Assembly: GCA_963779755.1 (NCBI GenBank)
Contig: CAVZZO010000001.1
Coordinates: 1,472,001-1,536,000 of the forward strand
DNA: 64,000 nt
Direction: 5' to 3'
DNA from: an uncultured Gemmatimonadales bacterium
Lineage (GTDB): Bacteria > Gemmatimonadota > Gemmatimonadetes > Gemmatimonadales > GWC2-71-9
The number at the start of each line of letters is the position of its first letter. Position 1 is the stretch's first letter. The notes beneath the pieces are model-generated. The model did no database searches, had not been told where the DNA came from, and was given only the letters and a program-made list of their open reading frames with translations. The position numbers and the translations under genes are program-made. Below, one piece after another: positions 49,795-59,947 of this stretch.

Positions 49795-49980
49795 CTAGTG
49801 TGCCAGGCCTGCGGCGATGGCCAGCGGGATCAGGAGGTAGAGGATCAGATCCCGGACCAGGTAGAGCAGGAGAACGACGACCACGAAGCCCCAGCCGCGC
49901 TTGCGGAGGAGCCCGCGCCAGCCCAGCGACCGGCGCTCCTCGCGCAGGGTGCGAACAAACTCGGCGGCTTTGTGGGGCAT
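49795..49980 (-). CDS. Small membrane protein (61 aa)
   Basis: Basic N-terminus, then GWGFVVVVLLLYLVRDLILYLLIP; TATCTT 7 nt before ATG. Confidence 0.65.
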   Translation of the reverse strand: MPHKAAEFVRTLREERRSLGWRGLLRKRGWGFVVVVLLLYLVRDLILYLLIPLAIAAGLAH

Positions 49981-49998
49981 GGGGGAAAAGATATGGCC

Positions 49999-50027
49999 GA
50001 AGGCGGGAAGGCGGGAAGGCCGAAGGC
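49999..50027. repeat. Octamer tandem repeat (GAAGGCGG)
   Basis: gaaggcgg-gaaggcgg-gaaggcc-gaaggc; similar to the array upstream of lepA. Confidence 0.65.
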
Positions 50028-50029
50028 TC

Positions 50030-51343
50030 TCAGCCCTCCTCCCTTTCTTCATAGATCCAGCGCCGAACCCGCCGCAGGGTTCTCCAGTATACGTCCTCCA
50101 TCAACCAATGCCCGAATTCACCGTTGCGGCCGAGGCTCAGCAGGTTCGCCACCCCGGTGCCGTGGTCGAGACTCTGGCGGTCCGTCTCATAACGATTGAG
50201 AAAGACCGGATACGCGACCGGGATCCGGACGACGTGCGAGCCCAGGAAACGCGGGCCGACACCGGGCACCCACTGTTCCAGCTGGTCCAGGCAGAGGCGT
50301 GCGAGGGTAGCGTCCTCCAGCCTCCAGTGCTCATCGCCGACCTCGGCGCCGAGGTCCGCCGTAACCATGGTCTTCCCTTCCGGGGCAAGCCACGGCATCG
50401 AACGGGTCGCTTCGGTGAGCCGGAAGAAGGGGGAGGTCCGCTCCGGAATCCAGAGCACAGTATCGGGAAGAAGATGCCGGCCTTCCAGCTTCAGGTTGAC
50501 GCTGATCATGGGTCGGAAGCGGAACCGGCGAAAACGATCCAGGCGGTCGGTCCCCTCCACCAGGCGCGGAAGGATATGAATCGGGGCGGTGCTGATCACC
50601 AGCGAGACGGGCTGCACCTGTCCGTGCACCTGCACCGCCGTCGCGCGGCCGTCCTCGACCAGAATACGCTCCACCGGCGACTCCAGGCGGATAGCATCCG
50701 CCACTTCCTCCGCCAGGCGACGCAACAAGGCGCCGACGCCGTGGACGGGATACACGTGCCAGACGCTGGCATTCTCCGGCAGGCTGCTGCTGTAACCGGC
50801 GGCAACGGCGCGATGGCTGATGCGGCCGGCCAGACGGAGCCACATGGTGTGCAGGAGGCCGGTGGGCAACTTGTCGGCGACGGCGGGTGACAGCTCATGG
50901 GCGGAGGCTCCCGACCAGGCCTCCAGCAGCGGAATGGCCACGGTATCCGCCAGGGCCGGTCCGTACTCCCGCCGGAAGCGCTCGGCGGCGTTGGTGGCGG
51001 TGGGGCGGGGCCGGATGCGTTCCGCCAGCGCCGAGGCGACAAACCGCGGCTCGGCGAGAAGGCCGAAGGGATAGGAGCGCCGGGTGCCGTTCAGGGCGAC
51101 CGACTCGCCGTAGGTCTGCACCGGACGGCAGGCGGCGTTCATGCCCAGTGCGGTCGCGAGCCGGTTGGTGATGAAATGCGCGCCGGTGTCGTAGGTAAAA
51201 CCGTCCTCGTCGTGGTGGCTCGCCGCCAGACCCGCCACCGCGCGGCCGGCCTCGAACACCACCACCGGCACCCCGTGGCGCCGCAGTTCAGCGGCCGCCG
51301 TGAGCCCCGCCAGGCCTCCGCCCACCAGGGCGGCCGGGTGCAT
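50030..51343 (-). CDS. FAD-dependent oxidoreductase (protoporphyrinogen/amine oxidase-like)
   Basis: VGGGLAGLTAA, FE....AGL, DTGAHF, AYPV, GRNGEF; start MHPAAL overlaps the upstream stop. Confidence 0.85.
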   Translation of the reverse strand: MHPAALVGGGLAGLTAAAELRRHGVPVVVFEAGRAVAGLAASHHDEDGFTYDTGAHFITNRLATALGMNAACRPVQTYGESVALNGTRRSYPFGLLAEPRFVASALAERIRPRPTATNAAERFRREYGPALADTVAIPLLEAWSGASAHELSPAVADKLPTGLLHTMWLRLAGRISHRAVAAGYSSSLPENASVWHVYPVHGVGALLRRLAEEVADAIRLESPVERILVEDGRATAVQVHGQVQPVSLVISTAPIHILPRLVEGTDRLDRFRRFRFRPMISVNLKLEGRHLLPDTVLWIPERTSPFFRLTEATRSMPWLAPEGKTMVTADLGAEVGDEHWRLEDATLARLCLDQLEQWVPGVGPRFLGSHVVRIPVAYPVFLNRYETDRQSLDHGTGVANLLSLGRNGEFGHWLMEDVYWRTLRRVRRWIYEEREEG

Positions 51344-52308
51344 CAGGCCACCGGCCGCCGCAGTACGGCCTGGAGCAGGGCGCCTCGCCCCGCCCACTGA
51401 AACGGGAGATCGAAGAGGGTAAAGAGGGCCAGGGCGCCGGGCGAGGTGAGGCTGAAACGCTCCACCAGGCCACGAGGCGCGCCCCAGTCGTCCAGCCAGT
51501 TGCGGACGGAATAGGTCCAGTTGACCGGGCTCATGATAGTCCGGAGCCGGGTGACCTCGAACCCGGTCTGCCCGGCAAGGAGCTGCATGGCCCGGGCATC
51601 GAACAGGTTCCAGTGGCGGGGAAAGTGATAGCCGCCCCAGTGGCGGCTGCCGAAGGCATGCCGGTCGGGCGAGGCGGTATTGTCCGTCACCAGGAGCAGG
51701 CGACCCCCGGGGCGCAGAAGCCGCCAGACCGCGCGCAGAATGGCCGGGGGGTCGGCCACGTGTTCGATGGTCATGATCATCAGGGCGAGGTCCGTCCCGC
51801 CCTCGGGGTAGTCCATTTGCTCGACGGCCCCCTGGCGGACGGCGATTCCCCGGGCGGTGGCGGCGGCGATCGCCCGGGGATCGGTGTCCACACCCTCCAG
51901 GCGCCAGCCCGGCCGGCCGTACTCGCGAAGCAGGGACAGATGGAACCCGTCCCCGCACCCGATATCGAGGATGGCCGCGTCCTCCGCCAGGCCACGGCAC
52001 TGTTGCATCAGGCGGTGCGCCTCCAGCCGGCGCCGGACCCGATAGGCCAGGCCGAACTTGACCGGACTGAAATCGAACGCGTGGTAGTTGTCGGGATACA
52101 GACGGGGCAGCTCGGAGAGGCACGGCCGGGGATCGAGATAAACGAGGCCGCAGCGCCGGCATTGGACGGCGAGAAAGCTGTCGGGCGAGGTGCGGTATTC
52201 GAAATCCTCGCCGACCGCCACCGGCTCGCTGTCCCGCGTGCCGCAGATGCAGCAGCGCGCGGCCTCCAGCGCCAGGGGACGAACGAGATCTGGCTCGCGC
52301 AGGGCCAT
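51343..52308 (-). CDS. Class I SAM methyltransferase with N-terminal CxxC...CxxC zinc motif
   Basis: CCICG...CRRCGLVY, LDIGCGDG, IEHVADP, LRPGG, PRH. Confidence 0.9.
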   Translation of the reverse strand: MALREPDLVRPLALEAARCCICGTRDSEPVAVGEDFEYRTSPDSFLAVQCRRCGLVYLDPRPCLSELPRLYPDNYHAFDFSPVKFGLAYRVRRRLEAHRLMQQCRGLAEDAAILDIGCGDGFHLSLLREYGRPGWRLEGVDTDPRAIAAATARGIAVRQGAVEQMDYPEGGTDLALMIMTIEHVADPPAILRAVWRLLRPGGRLLLVTDNTASPDRHAFGSRHWGGYHFPRHWNLFDARAMQLLAGQTGFEVTRLRTIMSPVNWTYSVRNWLDDWGAPRGLVERFSLTSPGALALFTLFDLPFQWAGRGALLQAVLRRPVA

Positions 52309-52405
52309 GTGCCCATCGGGTGAATGGTGGCTGATGCAGCGTAGCCGTTCGCCTTCCGGCGCGCAATCACCACGGGGTGGGGAAGGCTGGGTGTACCTTT
52401 GAGGG

Positions 52406-53113
52406 ATGTGCACTCTGAGCTGGTTGCCGGCGCCCGACGGCTTCATCCTGTGGCACAGCCGCGATGAGCGCCCCGGCCGCGGGGCTGGACTGCCCCCCGC
52501 CATGGGAGCGACCCGCGGCGTGGCCTGGATCGCCCCGCGCGATTCGGACTTCGGCGGCACCTGGGTCGGGGCCAACCAGCGCAGCGTAGCGCTGGCCCTG
52601 GCCAATCTCTATCTGCCCCTGCCGCCCCTTGCGGCCGGGCGCCGGATCAGCCGCGGGCTGCTGATGCTGGACCTGCTGGACCTGGACGCGGCAGCCATGC
52701 TGCCCCGGCGGCTGGCCGATCTGGATCTTGGCCGCTACGAGCCGTTCACCCTGGTCGCCATCGACCGGGAGGCCTCGCCCGTCCTGCTGCGCTGGAACCG
52801 GGCCTCGGTGCAGCCGGTTGCCCCGGAGGGCCCGCGGCTCCTGGTGGTAAGCGCCGGCGGAACGGCAGTTGAGGAGGCGCGCCGGGGGCTTTTCGAGGCC
52901 CTGGGAGCCGACGCCGGGGCTGACGAGATCGAGCGGTTGTACCGGTCGCATCCGCTGGGCGAGGCGAACTCCATATGCCTGCACCGGGCCGAGGCCTCCA
53001 CCCGGAGCCTCACGCGCATCGAGGTCACCGCGCACCGGGTGCTCCTGATCCACACGCCGGGGCAGCCGTGTGTGACCTCTGCGCTGCCGGCAATCAGCGT
53101 GGACCTGGCGTGA
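52406..53113 (+). CDS. NRDE / TANGO2-family protein
   Basis: N-terminal MCT, SRDE...R, P.D...GGTW.G.N, SRG.L, PF.L. Confidence 0.85.
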   Translation: MCTLSWLPAPDGFILWHSRDERPGRGAGLPPAMGATRGVAWIAPRDSDFGGTWVGANQRSVALALANLYLPLPPLAAGRRISRGLLMLDLLDLDAAAMLPRRLADLDLGRYEPFTLVAIDREASPVLLRWNRASVQPVAPEGPRLLVVSAGGTAVEEARRGLFEALGADAGADEIERLYRSHPLGEANSICLHRAEASTRSLTRIEVTAHRVLLIHTPGQPCVTSALPAISVDLA

Positions 53114-53188
53114 CAATCGTGGAACTGGAAGCTGCCAGTCGATAGCTGATAGCTTCCTCCTGTCTTCTGTATCTCTCCGGAGCTCCCT

Positions 53189-55861
53189 GTGCCCACCGCT
53201 GAAGACCAACGCCTGCGTGAAGACGAAGCCCGCGACCGGAACTGGAAGCGCTGGGGCCCCTACCTGGCGGAGCGGCAGTGGGGCACGGTCCGGGAAGACT
53301 ATTCGGGGGACGGCGATGTCTGGACCTATTTCCCCCACGACCACGCCCGCAGCCGGGCCTACCGCTGGGGCGAGGACGGGCTGCTGGGGATCACCGACCG
53401 GGAGGGCCGGCTCTGTTTCGCGCTGGCGGTGTGGAACGGCAGGGATCCGATCCTGAAAGAGCGTCTCTTCGGGCTGTCGGGCCACGAGGGGAACCACGGG
53501 GAGGACGTGAAGGAGTGCTATTACTTCCTCGACGCGACGCCGACGCACTCCTGGATGGAGGCGCTCTACAAGTATCCCCAGGCGGCGTTTCCCTACGAGA
53601 CTCTGCTGGAGGAGAACCGGCGGCGCGGGATGGATGATCCCGAGTTCGAGCTGGAGGACACCGGCGTCTTCGAGGACGACCGCTACTTCGATATCCGGGT
53701 GTCGTACGCCAAGGCGCGGCCCAACGACATTCTGATCCAGGTGGCGGCGACCAATCGCGGTCCCGAGGACGCGGAGCTGCACCTGCTGCCGACCCTCTGG
53801 TTTCGGAACACCTGGGCCTGGGGGCGCAGCGGTGAGGGCTACTGGCCCCGGCCGTCCTTGCGCCTGGCGGGCCCCCGCTCGCTCCGGGCGGACCACGCGA
53901 GCCTCGGCGGGTTCCGGCTGGAGCTGGACGGGCCGGACGAGCCCGTCTGGCTCTTCACCGAGAACGAGACCAACGCGCAGCGGCTCTTCGGGGCGCGAAA
54001 CCCGACGCCCTGGGTGAAGGACGCGTTCCATGAGCGGGTGGTGGGGGGACGCGCGAGTGCAGTGAACCCGGCGGGCACCGGCACCCGGGCGGCCGCCTGG
54101 ACTACACACCGGATCCCGCCGGGGGAGACGGTGACGCTACGGCTCCGGCTGTTCAGCGAACCGGAAGCGCCGGCCGATCCGTTCGCCGACTTCGACGCGA
54201 CGCTGCTGCGCCGGCGGGCGGAGGCGGACGATTTCTATCGCCATCATCTGCCGGCCGATCTTACCCCCGACGAGCAGCTGGTGGTCCGGCAGGCCTATGC
54301 CGGGCTGTTCTGGTCCAAGCAATTTTACCATTACATCGTGCGCGACTGGCTGGAGGGCGACCCGGCACAACCGCCGCCGCCGCCGGAGCATGCCCGGATC
54401 CGCAACGCCGACTGGCGGCATCTCTACACCCGGGACGTGCTCTCCATGCCCGATACCTGGGAATATCCCTGGTTCGCGGCCTGGGATCTGGCGTTCCACA
54501 TGATCCCCTTCGCCCGGCTCGATCCGCTCTATGCCAAACAGCAGCTGATCCTGCTCCTGCGCGAGTGGTATCTCCATCCCAACGGCGAGCTGCCGGCCTA
54601 TGAGTTTGCCTTCGATGATGTGAACCCCCCGGTGCACGCCTGGGCGGTCTGGCGGGTGTACAAGATGACCGCTCCCCGCGAGCGACGGGACCGGGAGTTC
54701 CTGGCCGGCGCTTTCCAGAAGCTCCTCATGAACTTCACCTGGTGGGTGAACCGGAAAGACCTGGAAGGGAATCATCTCTTTTCCGGCGGGTTCCTGGGGC
54801 TGGATAACGTCGGCCTGTTCGACCGCTCGAAGCCGCTGCCCACCGGCGGCCACCTGGAACAGGCGGACGGCACCGCGTGGATGGCCTTCTACTGCGGCAC
54901 CATGCTGGCCATGGCGCTGGAGCTGGCCGATTCCGATCCGGCCTACGAGGACATCGCCTCCAAGTTCTTCGAGCATTTCATCGACATCGCCGACGCCATG
55001 AACGCGCTGGGGGGTACCGGCCTCTGGCACGAGGAAGACGGTTTCTACTACGACCAGCTGCACGTGGACGGCTGGCACGCGTCCCTGCGCGTGCGGTCGG
55101 TGGTGGGCCTGGTGCCCCTGCTCGCGGTGGAGCTGCTGAACCGGCGTACCGTCGACCGCCTCCCGGGATTCGCCGACCGGCTCAACTGGTTCCTGGCCAA
55201 CCGCAAGGACCTGACGGCCCATCTCAGCTGCGACTGCGGGACCGATGCGTCCGGCGTCGACCGCTGGCTGCTGGCCATGCCGTCACGGGAGCGCCTGGCC
55301 CGGGTACTCCGCTACGTGGCGGATGAGCGGGAGTTCCTTTCGCCCTACGGGCTCCGATCGTTGTCACGCTTCCACGCCGATCACCCCAGCGTCTTCGACG
55401 CGGACGGCCGGGAATACCGGGTGGACTACCAGCCCGCGGAGAGCCGCACCCGGGAATTCGGCGGCAACTCCAACTGGCGCGGGCCGGTCTGGTTCCCCAT
55501 CAACTTCCTGCTGATCGAAGCTCTGGAGCGGTACCACCTGTTCTATGGCGACGGGTTCCAGCTCGAGTTCCCCGCCGGCTCGGGCCGCAGCCTGAACCTG
55601 GGGCAGATTGCCGCGGATCTGTCCGCCCGGCTGGCGGGGCTCTTCCTGCCGGGCCCCGGCGGGCGCCGGCCCTGCCACGGCGACGATACGCGCTACGCCG
55701 TGGACCCGCACTGGAAAGACCTGGTGCTGTTCTACGAATTCTTCAACGGCGATACCGGCCGAGGCCTCGGGGCGAGCCACCAGACCGGCTGGACCGCGCT
55801 GGCCGCAATCTGTGTCGAGCAGCTGAGCCGGCGCCGCGCGCCGGCGCCGCGAGCCTGGTGA
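53189..55861 (+). CDS. GH63-like (MGH1-like) glycoside hydrolase
   Basis: WGPYLAERQWGTVREDYS, MPDTWEYPWFAAWDLAFH, GGNSNWRGPVWFP, GLGASHQTGWT. Confidence 0.88.
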   Translation: MPTAEDQRLREDEARDRNWKRWGPYLAERQWGTVREDYSGDGDVWTYFPHDHARSRAYRWGEDGLLGITDREGRLCFALAVWNGRDPILKERLFGLSGHEGNHGEDVKECYYFLDATPTHSWMEALYKYPQAAFPYETLLEENRRRGMDDPEFELEDTGVFEDDRYFDIRVSYAKARPNDILIQVAATNRGPEDAELHLLPTLWFRNTWAWGRSGEGYWPRPSLRLAGPRSLRADHASLGGFRLELDGPDEPVWLFTENETNAQRLFGARNPTPWVKDAFHERVVGGRASAVNPAGTGTRAAAWTTHRIPPGETVTLRLRLFSEPEAPADPFADFDATLLRRRAEADDFYRHHLPADLTPDEQLVVRQAYAGLFWSKQFYHYIVRDWLEGDPAQPPPPPEHARIRNADWRHLYTRDVLSMPDTWEYPWFAAWDLAFHMIPFARLDPLYAKQQLILLLREWYLHPNGELPAYEFAFDDVNPPVHAWAVWRVYKMTAPRERRDREFLAGAFQKLLMNFTWWVNRKDLEGNHLFSGGFLGLDNVGLFDRSKPLPTGGHLEQADGTAWMAFYCGTMLAMALELADSDPAYEDIASKFFEHFIDIADAMNALGGTGLWHEEDGFYYDQLHVDGWHASLRVRSVVGLVPLLAVELLNRRTVDRLPGFADRLNWFLANRKDLTAHLSCDCGTDASGVDRWLLAMPSRERLARVLRYVADEREFLSPYGLRSLSRFHADHPSVFDADGREYRVDYQPAESRTREFGGNSNWRGPVWFPINFLLIEALERYHLFYGDGFQLEFPAGSGRSLNLGQIAADLSARLAGLFLPGPGGRRPCHGDDTRYAVDPHWKDLVLFYEFFNGDTGRGLGASHQTGWTALAAICVEQLSRRRAPAPRAW

Positions 55862-58422
55862 TGCGCGAGTGGTTGGAGGCCGACGGCCTGGGCGGCTTCG
55901 CGTCCGGTACCGCCGACGGGATCCGCACCCGGCGCTATCATGCCCTGCTCCTCGTCGCCGCCACACCACCGACCGGCCGCATGGTGCTGGTGAACGGGTG
56001 CGAGGTCTGGGTCGATACGGGGGGCGGTCGCATCGCGCTCAGCAGCCAGCGTTATGCCGACGGTACCGTCTATCCGGATGGCGCCTCGCGCATCGCCTCC
56101 TTCACGGCCGATCCCTGGCCCCGGTGGCGCTGCCGCCTGGAGGACGGCCTGGAGGTCGTGCAGGAGGTGCTGGTGCCGCACCAGCGGCCGGCGGTGCTTC
56201 TCACCTGGCGGCTCACGGCCGCGCGCCCCGGTGTCCGGCTGATCGTGCGGCCTCTGCTCTCGGGCCGGGATGCCGATGCGCTGCACCGGGAGAATCCCAC
56301 GCTGGATTTCCGGGCGGAGGCGCGTGACGGGGCGGTCCGGTGGCGGCCCTATCCCGGTGTGCCGGCGATCGCCTGCTTCCATGGTGGGACCTACCGGCAC
56401 GATCCCTCTTGGTACCGTTCGTTCTTCTATCAGGCGGAAGCCGATCGCGGGCTCGACGCCGTCGAAGACCTGGCATCCCCCGGCGAGTTGTCGTTTGATC
56501 TCTCGCGCGGCGAGGCGCGTTGCCTCTTTCGCGCCGACACCCCCGCGCCGGGCAAGGCGGTATCGGCGGAAGCGGTGGCGGCGCTGGCCGGCCGGCTCCG
56601 CGCGCGGGAGCGCAACCGCCGCGTCCCGCCCGCCGACCGGCCTGGCCGTTCCGCGACCGCCTATCTGGTGCGCCGGGGCAGCGGCATAAGCGTGATCGCC
56701 GGTTATCCCTGGTTCACGGACTGGGGGCGGGACACGTTCATCGCCCTGCGCGGGCTGTGCCTGGCCACCGGAAGGCTGCGCGAGGCCGGGGCCGTTCTGC
56801 TGGTCTGGGCAGGGGCGGTCTCGCAGGGCATGCTGCCGAACCGGTTTCTCGAGCGGGGAGAGCCCGAGTTCAATGCGGTCGATGCGTCGCTCTGGTTCGT
56901 GCTGGTCGCGCGGGAGTACCTCGAGGCGCTGGGCCGCGCCGGCCGGCGGGCACCGCCGGGCGCGCGGGCCCGGCTCCGGGAGGCGGCCGGGGCGATCCTC
57001 GACGGCTACGCGGCGGGAACCCGTCACGGCATCCGGCGCGACGACGATGGTCTGCTCGCGGCGGGCGAGCCCGGCGTCCAGCTCACCTGGATGGATGCCA
57101 GAATAGGCGACTGGGTGGTCACCCCCCGGATCGGGAAGCCGGTCGAGGTGCAGGCGCTCTGGATCAACGCACTGCTGGCGTGGGGAGATCTGGAACCGCG
57201 CTGGCGCGACATGGCGGCGCAGGCGCTGACCGCTTTCCGCGCCCGGTTCTGGAACCGGGAGGCCGGTTGTCTCTACGATGTCGTGGATGTGGATCACCGG
57301 CCCGGTACCGCCGACGGGCTGATCCGGCCCAATCAGGTATTCGCCGCCGGCGGGCTGCCGTTTCCTCTTCTGGGGCCGGATGAATCCCGGGAGGTGCTGG
57401 CGGTGGTCGAGCGGGAACTGCTGACCCCGGTCGGCCTGCGCACGCTGGCTCCCGGATCGCCCGGGTATGCGCCGCGCTACGAGGGCGACCTGCGCGCGCG
57501 TGACGGCGCCTATCACCAGGGGACCGTCTGGCCCTGGCTGCTGGGGCCCTTTGTGGAGGCGTGGGTTCGTGCCCGGGGCGACACGGGCGATGCGCGGGAC
57601 ACCGCCCGGCGGCGTTTCCTGCCGCCGCTCCAGCGACATCTTGGGGAAGCCGGCCTGGGCCATATCTCGGAAATTTTCGATGCCGAGCCACCGCACCGCC
57701 CCCGCGGATGCCCGTTTCAGGCATGGTCACTGGGAGAGTTCCTCCGGCTGGATCGCCAGGTGCTGGCGGAGGAGCGCCAGCAGCAGAAGTTTGTCCCCGG
57801 TTCAGGTCTTCTTCACGATCTGACGGAGAGATTTCCCCCTATGGACTTTTCATTTTCTGTCGCCGCGCCGGGGATCGATCTGGAGCGCTGGTCTGTCCGG
57901 GAGACGCTGCGGGACGGAGCGATCCTCGAATTGCGGGCCCTGCGGCCGGACGATCGCCCCGCGCTGGAGGCGTTCTTCGGATCGGTGAGCCGCGAGTCGC
58001 TCTATCTCCGGTTTTTCGACGGGCGCACCCGCATTTCAGATGCGGAGCTGGTGGCGCTGCTGCACGGGGACAGCGACGAGCGGGTGGCGCTCATCGCCCT
58101 GATCCCGGGTGAGGGCCGAATCGTGGGGCTCTGCCAGTATCACCGCATCCCGGATCCAGCCGGTGGGCCCCCCCGGGCCGACGCGGCCTTTCTGGTGGCC
58201 GATGCCTGGCAGCGCCGCGGCATCGGCTCGCTCCTGCTGCTGCATCTGGCGGCAATAGCCCGCGACCGCGGCTTCGAATACCTGGAGGCCGACGCGCTGG
58301 TCTGCAACAGCCGGATGCTGGATCTCTTCCAGCGCAGCGGGCTGGAGGTGGCGCGGGAGTATGCGGACGGGGAGATTCACGTGTCCCTGTATCTCAGCAA
58401 GGAAAAAGGAAGAAAGGACTGA
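55858..58422 (+). CDS. Amylo-alpha-1,6-glucosidase (glycogen debranching enzyme) with in-frame C-terminal GNAT acetyltransferase domain
   Basis: EWLEADGLGGFASGT, AGYPWFTDWGRDTFI, QLTWMDA, YHQGTVWPWL, GCPFQAWS; then LRDG....LR.LRPDD...LYLRFF...AFLVADAWQRRGIG...N..ML.LF. Confidence 0.88.
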   Translation: MMREWLEADGLGGFASGTADGIRTRRYHALLLVAATPPTGRMVLVNGCEVWVDTGGGRIALSSQRYADGTVYPDGASRIASFTADPWPRWRCRLEDGLEVVQEVLVPHQRPAVLLTWRLTAARPGVRLIVRPLLSGRDADALHRENPTLDFRAEARDGAVRWRPYPGVPAIACFHGGTYRHDPSWYRSFFYQAEADRGLDAVEDLASPGELSFDLSRGEARCLFRADTPAPGKAVSAEAVAALAGRLRARERNRRVPPADRPGRSATAYLVRRGSGISVIAGYPWFTDWGRDTFIALRGLCLATGRLREAGAVLLVWAGAVSQGMLPNRFLERGEPEFNAVDASLWFVLVAREYLEALGRAGRRAPPGARARLREAAGAILDGYAAGTRHGIRRDDDGLLAAGEPGVQLTWMDARIGDWVVTPRIGKPVEVQALWINALLAWGDLEPRWRDMAAQALTAFRARFWNREAGCLYDVVDVDHRPGTADGLIRPNQVFAAGGLPFPLLGPDESREVLAVVERELLTPVGLRTLAPGSPGYAPRYEGDLRARDGAYHQGTVWPWLLGPFVEAWVRARGDTGDARDTARRRFLPPLQRHLGEAGLGHISEIFDAEPPHRPRGCPFQAWSLGEFLRLDRQVLAEERQQQKFVPGSGLLHDLTERFPPMDFSFSVAAPGIDLERWSVRETLRDGAILELRALRPDDRPALEAFFGSVSRESLYLRFFDGRTRISDAELVALLHGDSDERVALIALIPGEGRIVGLCQYHRIPDPAGGPPRADAAFLVADAWQRRGIGSLLLLHLAAIARDRGFEYLEADALVCNSRMLDLFQRSGLEVAREYADGEIHVSLYLSKEKGRKD

Positions 58423-58445
58423 GAGAAGAGCACTCTTCTCTCAGT
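58418..58445. terminator. Perfect hairpin containing both convergent stop codons; probable bidirectional terminator
   Basis: actgagagaaga-gcac-tcttctctcagt. Confidence 0.7.
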
Positions 58446-59928
58446 TCGGTTCTCTCACTCCTGTCATCTTTCCGATCACCATCTCCGCCCAGCGTGAGAA
58501 CGGCACGGCCGCTGCGGGGATATCGTCGTTCCCCAGTATGGTCCGAAGTTCATCCACCAGCCGCGGGTCTGCGGCGCCGGTCACCCGCTCGACGAATGCG
58601 CCCGGGTCCACCTGGAACCGGGCCATGTCGCGAAGGGCCTGGGTGAAGAGGACGTTGTGCGGCCCTTCCCAGGTTTCCATGACGATGGCGTCGCGCCAGA
58701 GGCGGGGCAGGGAAGTGAAGCGCTCTTCCACACCGTTGGCGCCCAGGATCAGCATGGCATCGTGCAGGAGCCGGGTCGCTTCCCGGGTCAGGACGGGCTT
58801 GCAGAGGCTCAACAGAATACGAAAATCCAGGGCCTCGGCGCTCCCGCTTCCCGCCCGCTCGGCTGCCTCCCGCAGGCGGACCAGCCGGAACAGCGCCACC
58901 AGTGCCCGGCTTCGCCACCGGCGGATGTCCTCCAGAGAGGCCTGGACGAGGGGGAAGTCCGCCAGCCGGGTGCCGAAGGCGGTGCGGAATCCGGCGTAGG
59001 TTTCTGCGATCCGTTCGGCCTGGCGCAGTGCGGCGGCGGCGAAGGCGACGCAGTGCAGCCGGGAAGTCACCAGTACCGATCCCACCACGATAGCGAGCCC
59101 GCGGTCGAGCGGGCCGACCGGCACGGCGGTCGCACCGGTGAAGGTCACCTCAGCAGTGGCCAGTTCGCGGGTCCCGAGCTTGTCCTTGAGCCGATCGATG
59201 GTATAGCCGTTTCGCTGGGTCCGGGCGGCGTCGCGCCAGGCCGGCACCAGGAACAGCGACACGCCTCCGGAGCCCGGCCCCCCCGCCGGCGGACGGCCGG
59301 TGACCAGGAACCAGTCCGCATTGATGTTGGAGCAGAACCATTTGAGGCCGTGGAGGGTCCAGTGATCGCCGGCGGGGCGCGCCTCCAGCTCGGCGGCGCC
59401 GGCATCGGAGCCGCCCTGGATTTCGGTGACGAACTGGGCGGCATGGGTAAAGCCGATAGCCGATGAGCGCCGGACCTGTTCCAGCGCCTCCTGGTGGAGC
59501 GGGTGCCCGCCGTATCGCTGGAGGACCCGTACCAGGCCATCGGTGCAGGCGACGGAACACGCCACACCGGCTTCGCCGTTCTGCAGCAGGAGGTACAGAC
59601 GGGCGGTATAGCGCAACACGTCGTCATGCACCGCGCCCATCCGGGCGGCGCCCTCTACCCGCCGTAAGGCTTCACGGGTCGAGGCCGGCAGGAGGATCTC
59701 GTCCAGTCGGTGCCGGCGGGCGTCGTAGTGTCGGAGCCGCGGTGCCGACTCGGGCTGGGCGCTCTCTTCGGCGAGAGCGGCGAGCGGGCCGGCGCATTCG
59801 CTGCCCCAGCCGGCCAGACCTTCGGGCTCGACGCCCAGGGTCGCAAGGAGCCGCTGGAGCAGGGCGTCGTCTTCGTACCAGTTGCAGCCCAGCGCGGCGA
59901 AGAACGGATCGAAGGTGTAGTCGGTCAT
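58441..59928 (-). CDS. Acyl-CoA dehydrogenase family protein (AidB-like)
   Basis: QFVTEIQGGSD, GLKWFCSN, RLKDKLGTR..ATAEV, RDAIVMETWEGPHNV. Confidence 0.88.
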   Translation of the reverse strand: MTDYTFDPFFAALGCNWYEDDALLQRLLATLGVEPEGLAGWGSECAGPLAALAEESAQPESAPRLRHYDARRHRLDEILLPASTREALRRVEGAARMGAVHDDVLRYTARLYLLLQNGEAGVACSVACTDGLVRVLQRYGGHPLHQEALEQVRRSSAIGFTHAAQFVTEIQGGSDAGAAELEARPAGDHWTLHGLKWFCSNINADWFLVTGRPPAGGPGSGGVSLFLVPAWRDAARTQRNGYTIDRLKDKLGTRELATAEVTFTGATAVPVGPLDRGLAIVVGSVLVTSRLHCVAFAAAALRQAERIAETYAGFRTAFGTRLADFPLVQASLEDIRRWRSRALVALFRLVRLREAAERAGSGSAEALDFRILLSLCKPVLTREATRLLHDAMLILGANGVEERFTSLPRLWRDAIVMETWEGPHNVLFTQALRDMARFQVDPGAFVERVTGAADPRLVDELRTILGNDDIPAAAVPFSRWAEMVIGKMTGVREPN

Positions 59929-59947
59929 CCGGGTAATTTACCTTGCG

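Noticed and set aside
51344..52366. 778-aa oxidoreductase or methyltransferase-oxidoreductase fusion
   Set aside because: The upstream part is an off-frame shadow of the methyltransferase; the two genes are separate with a TGATG overlap.
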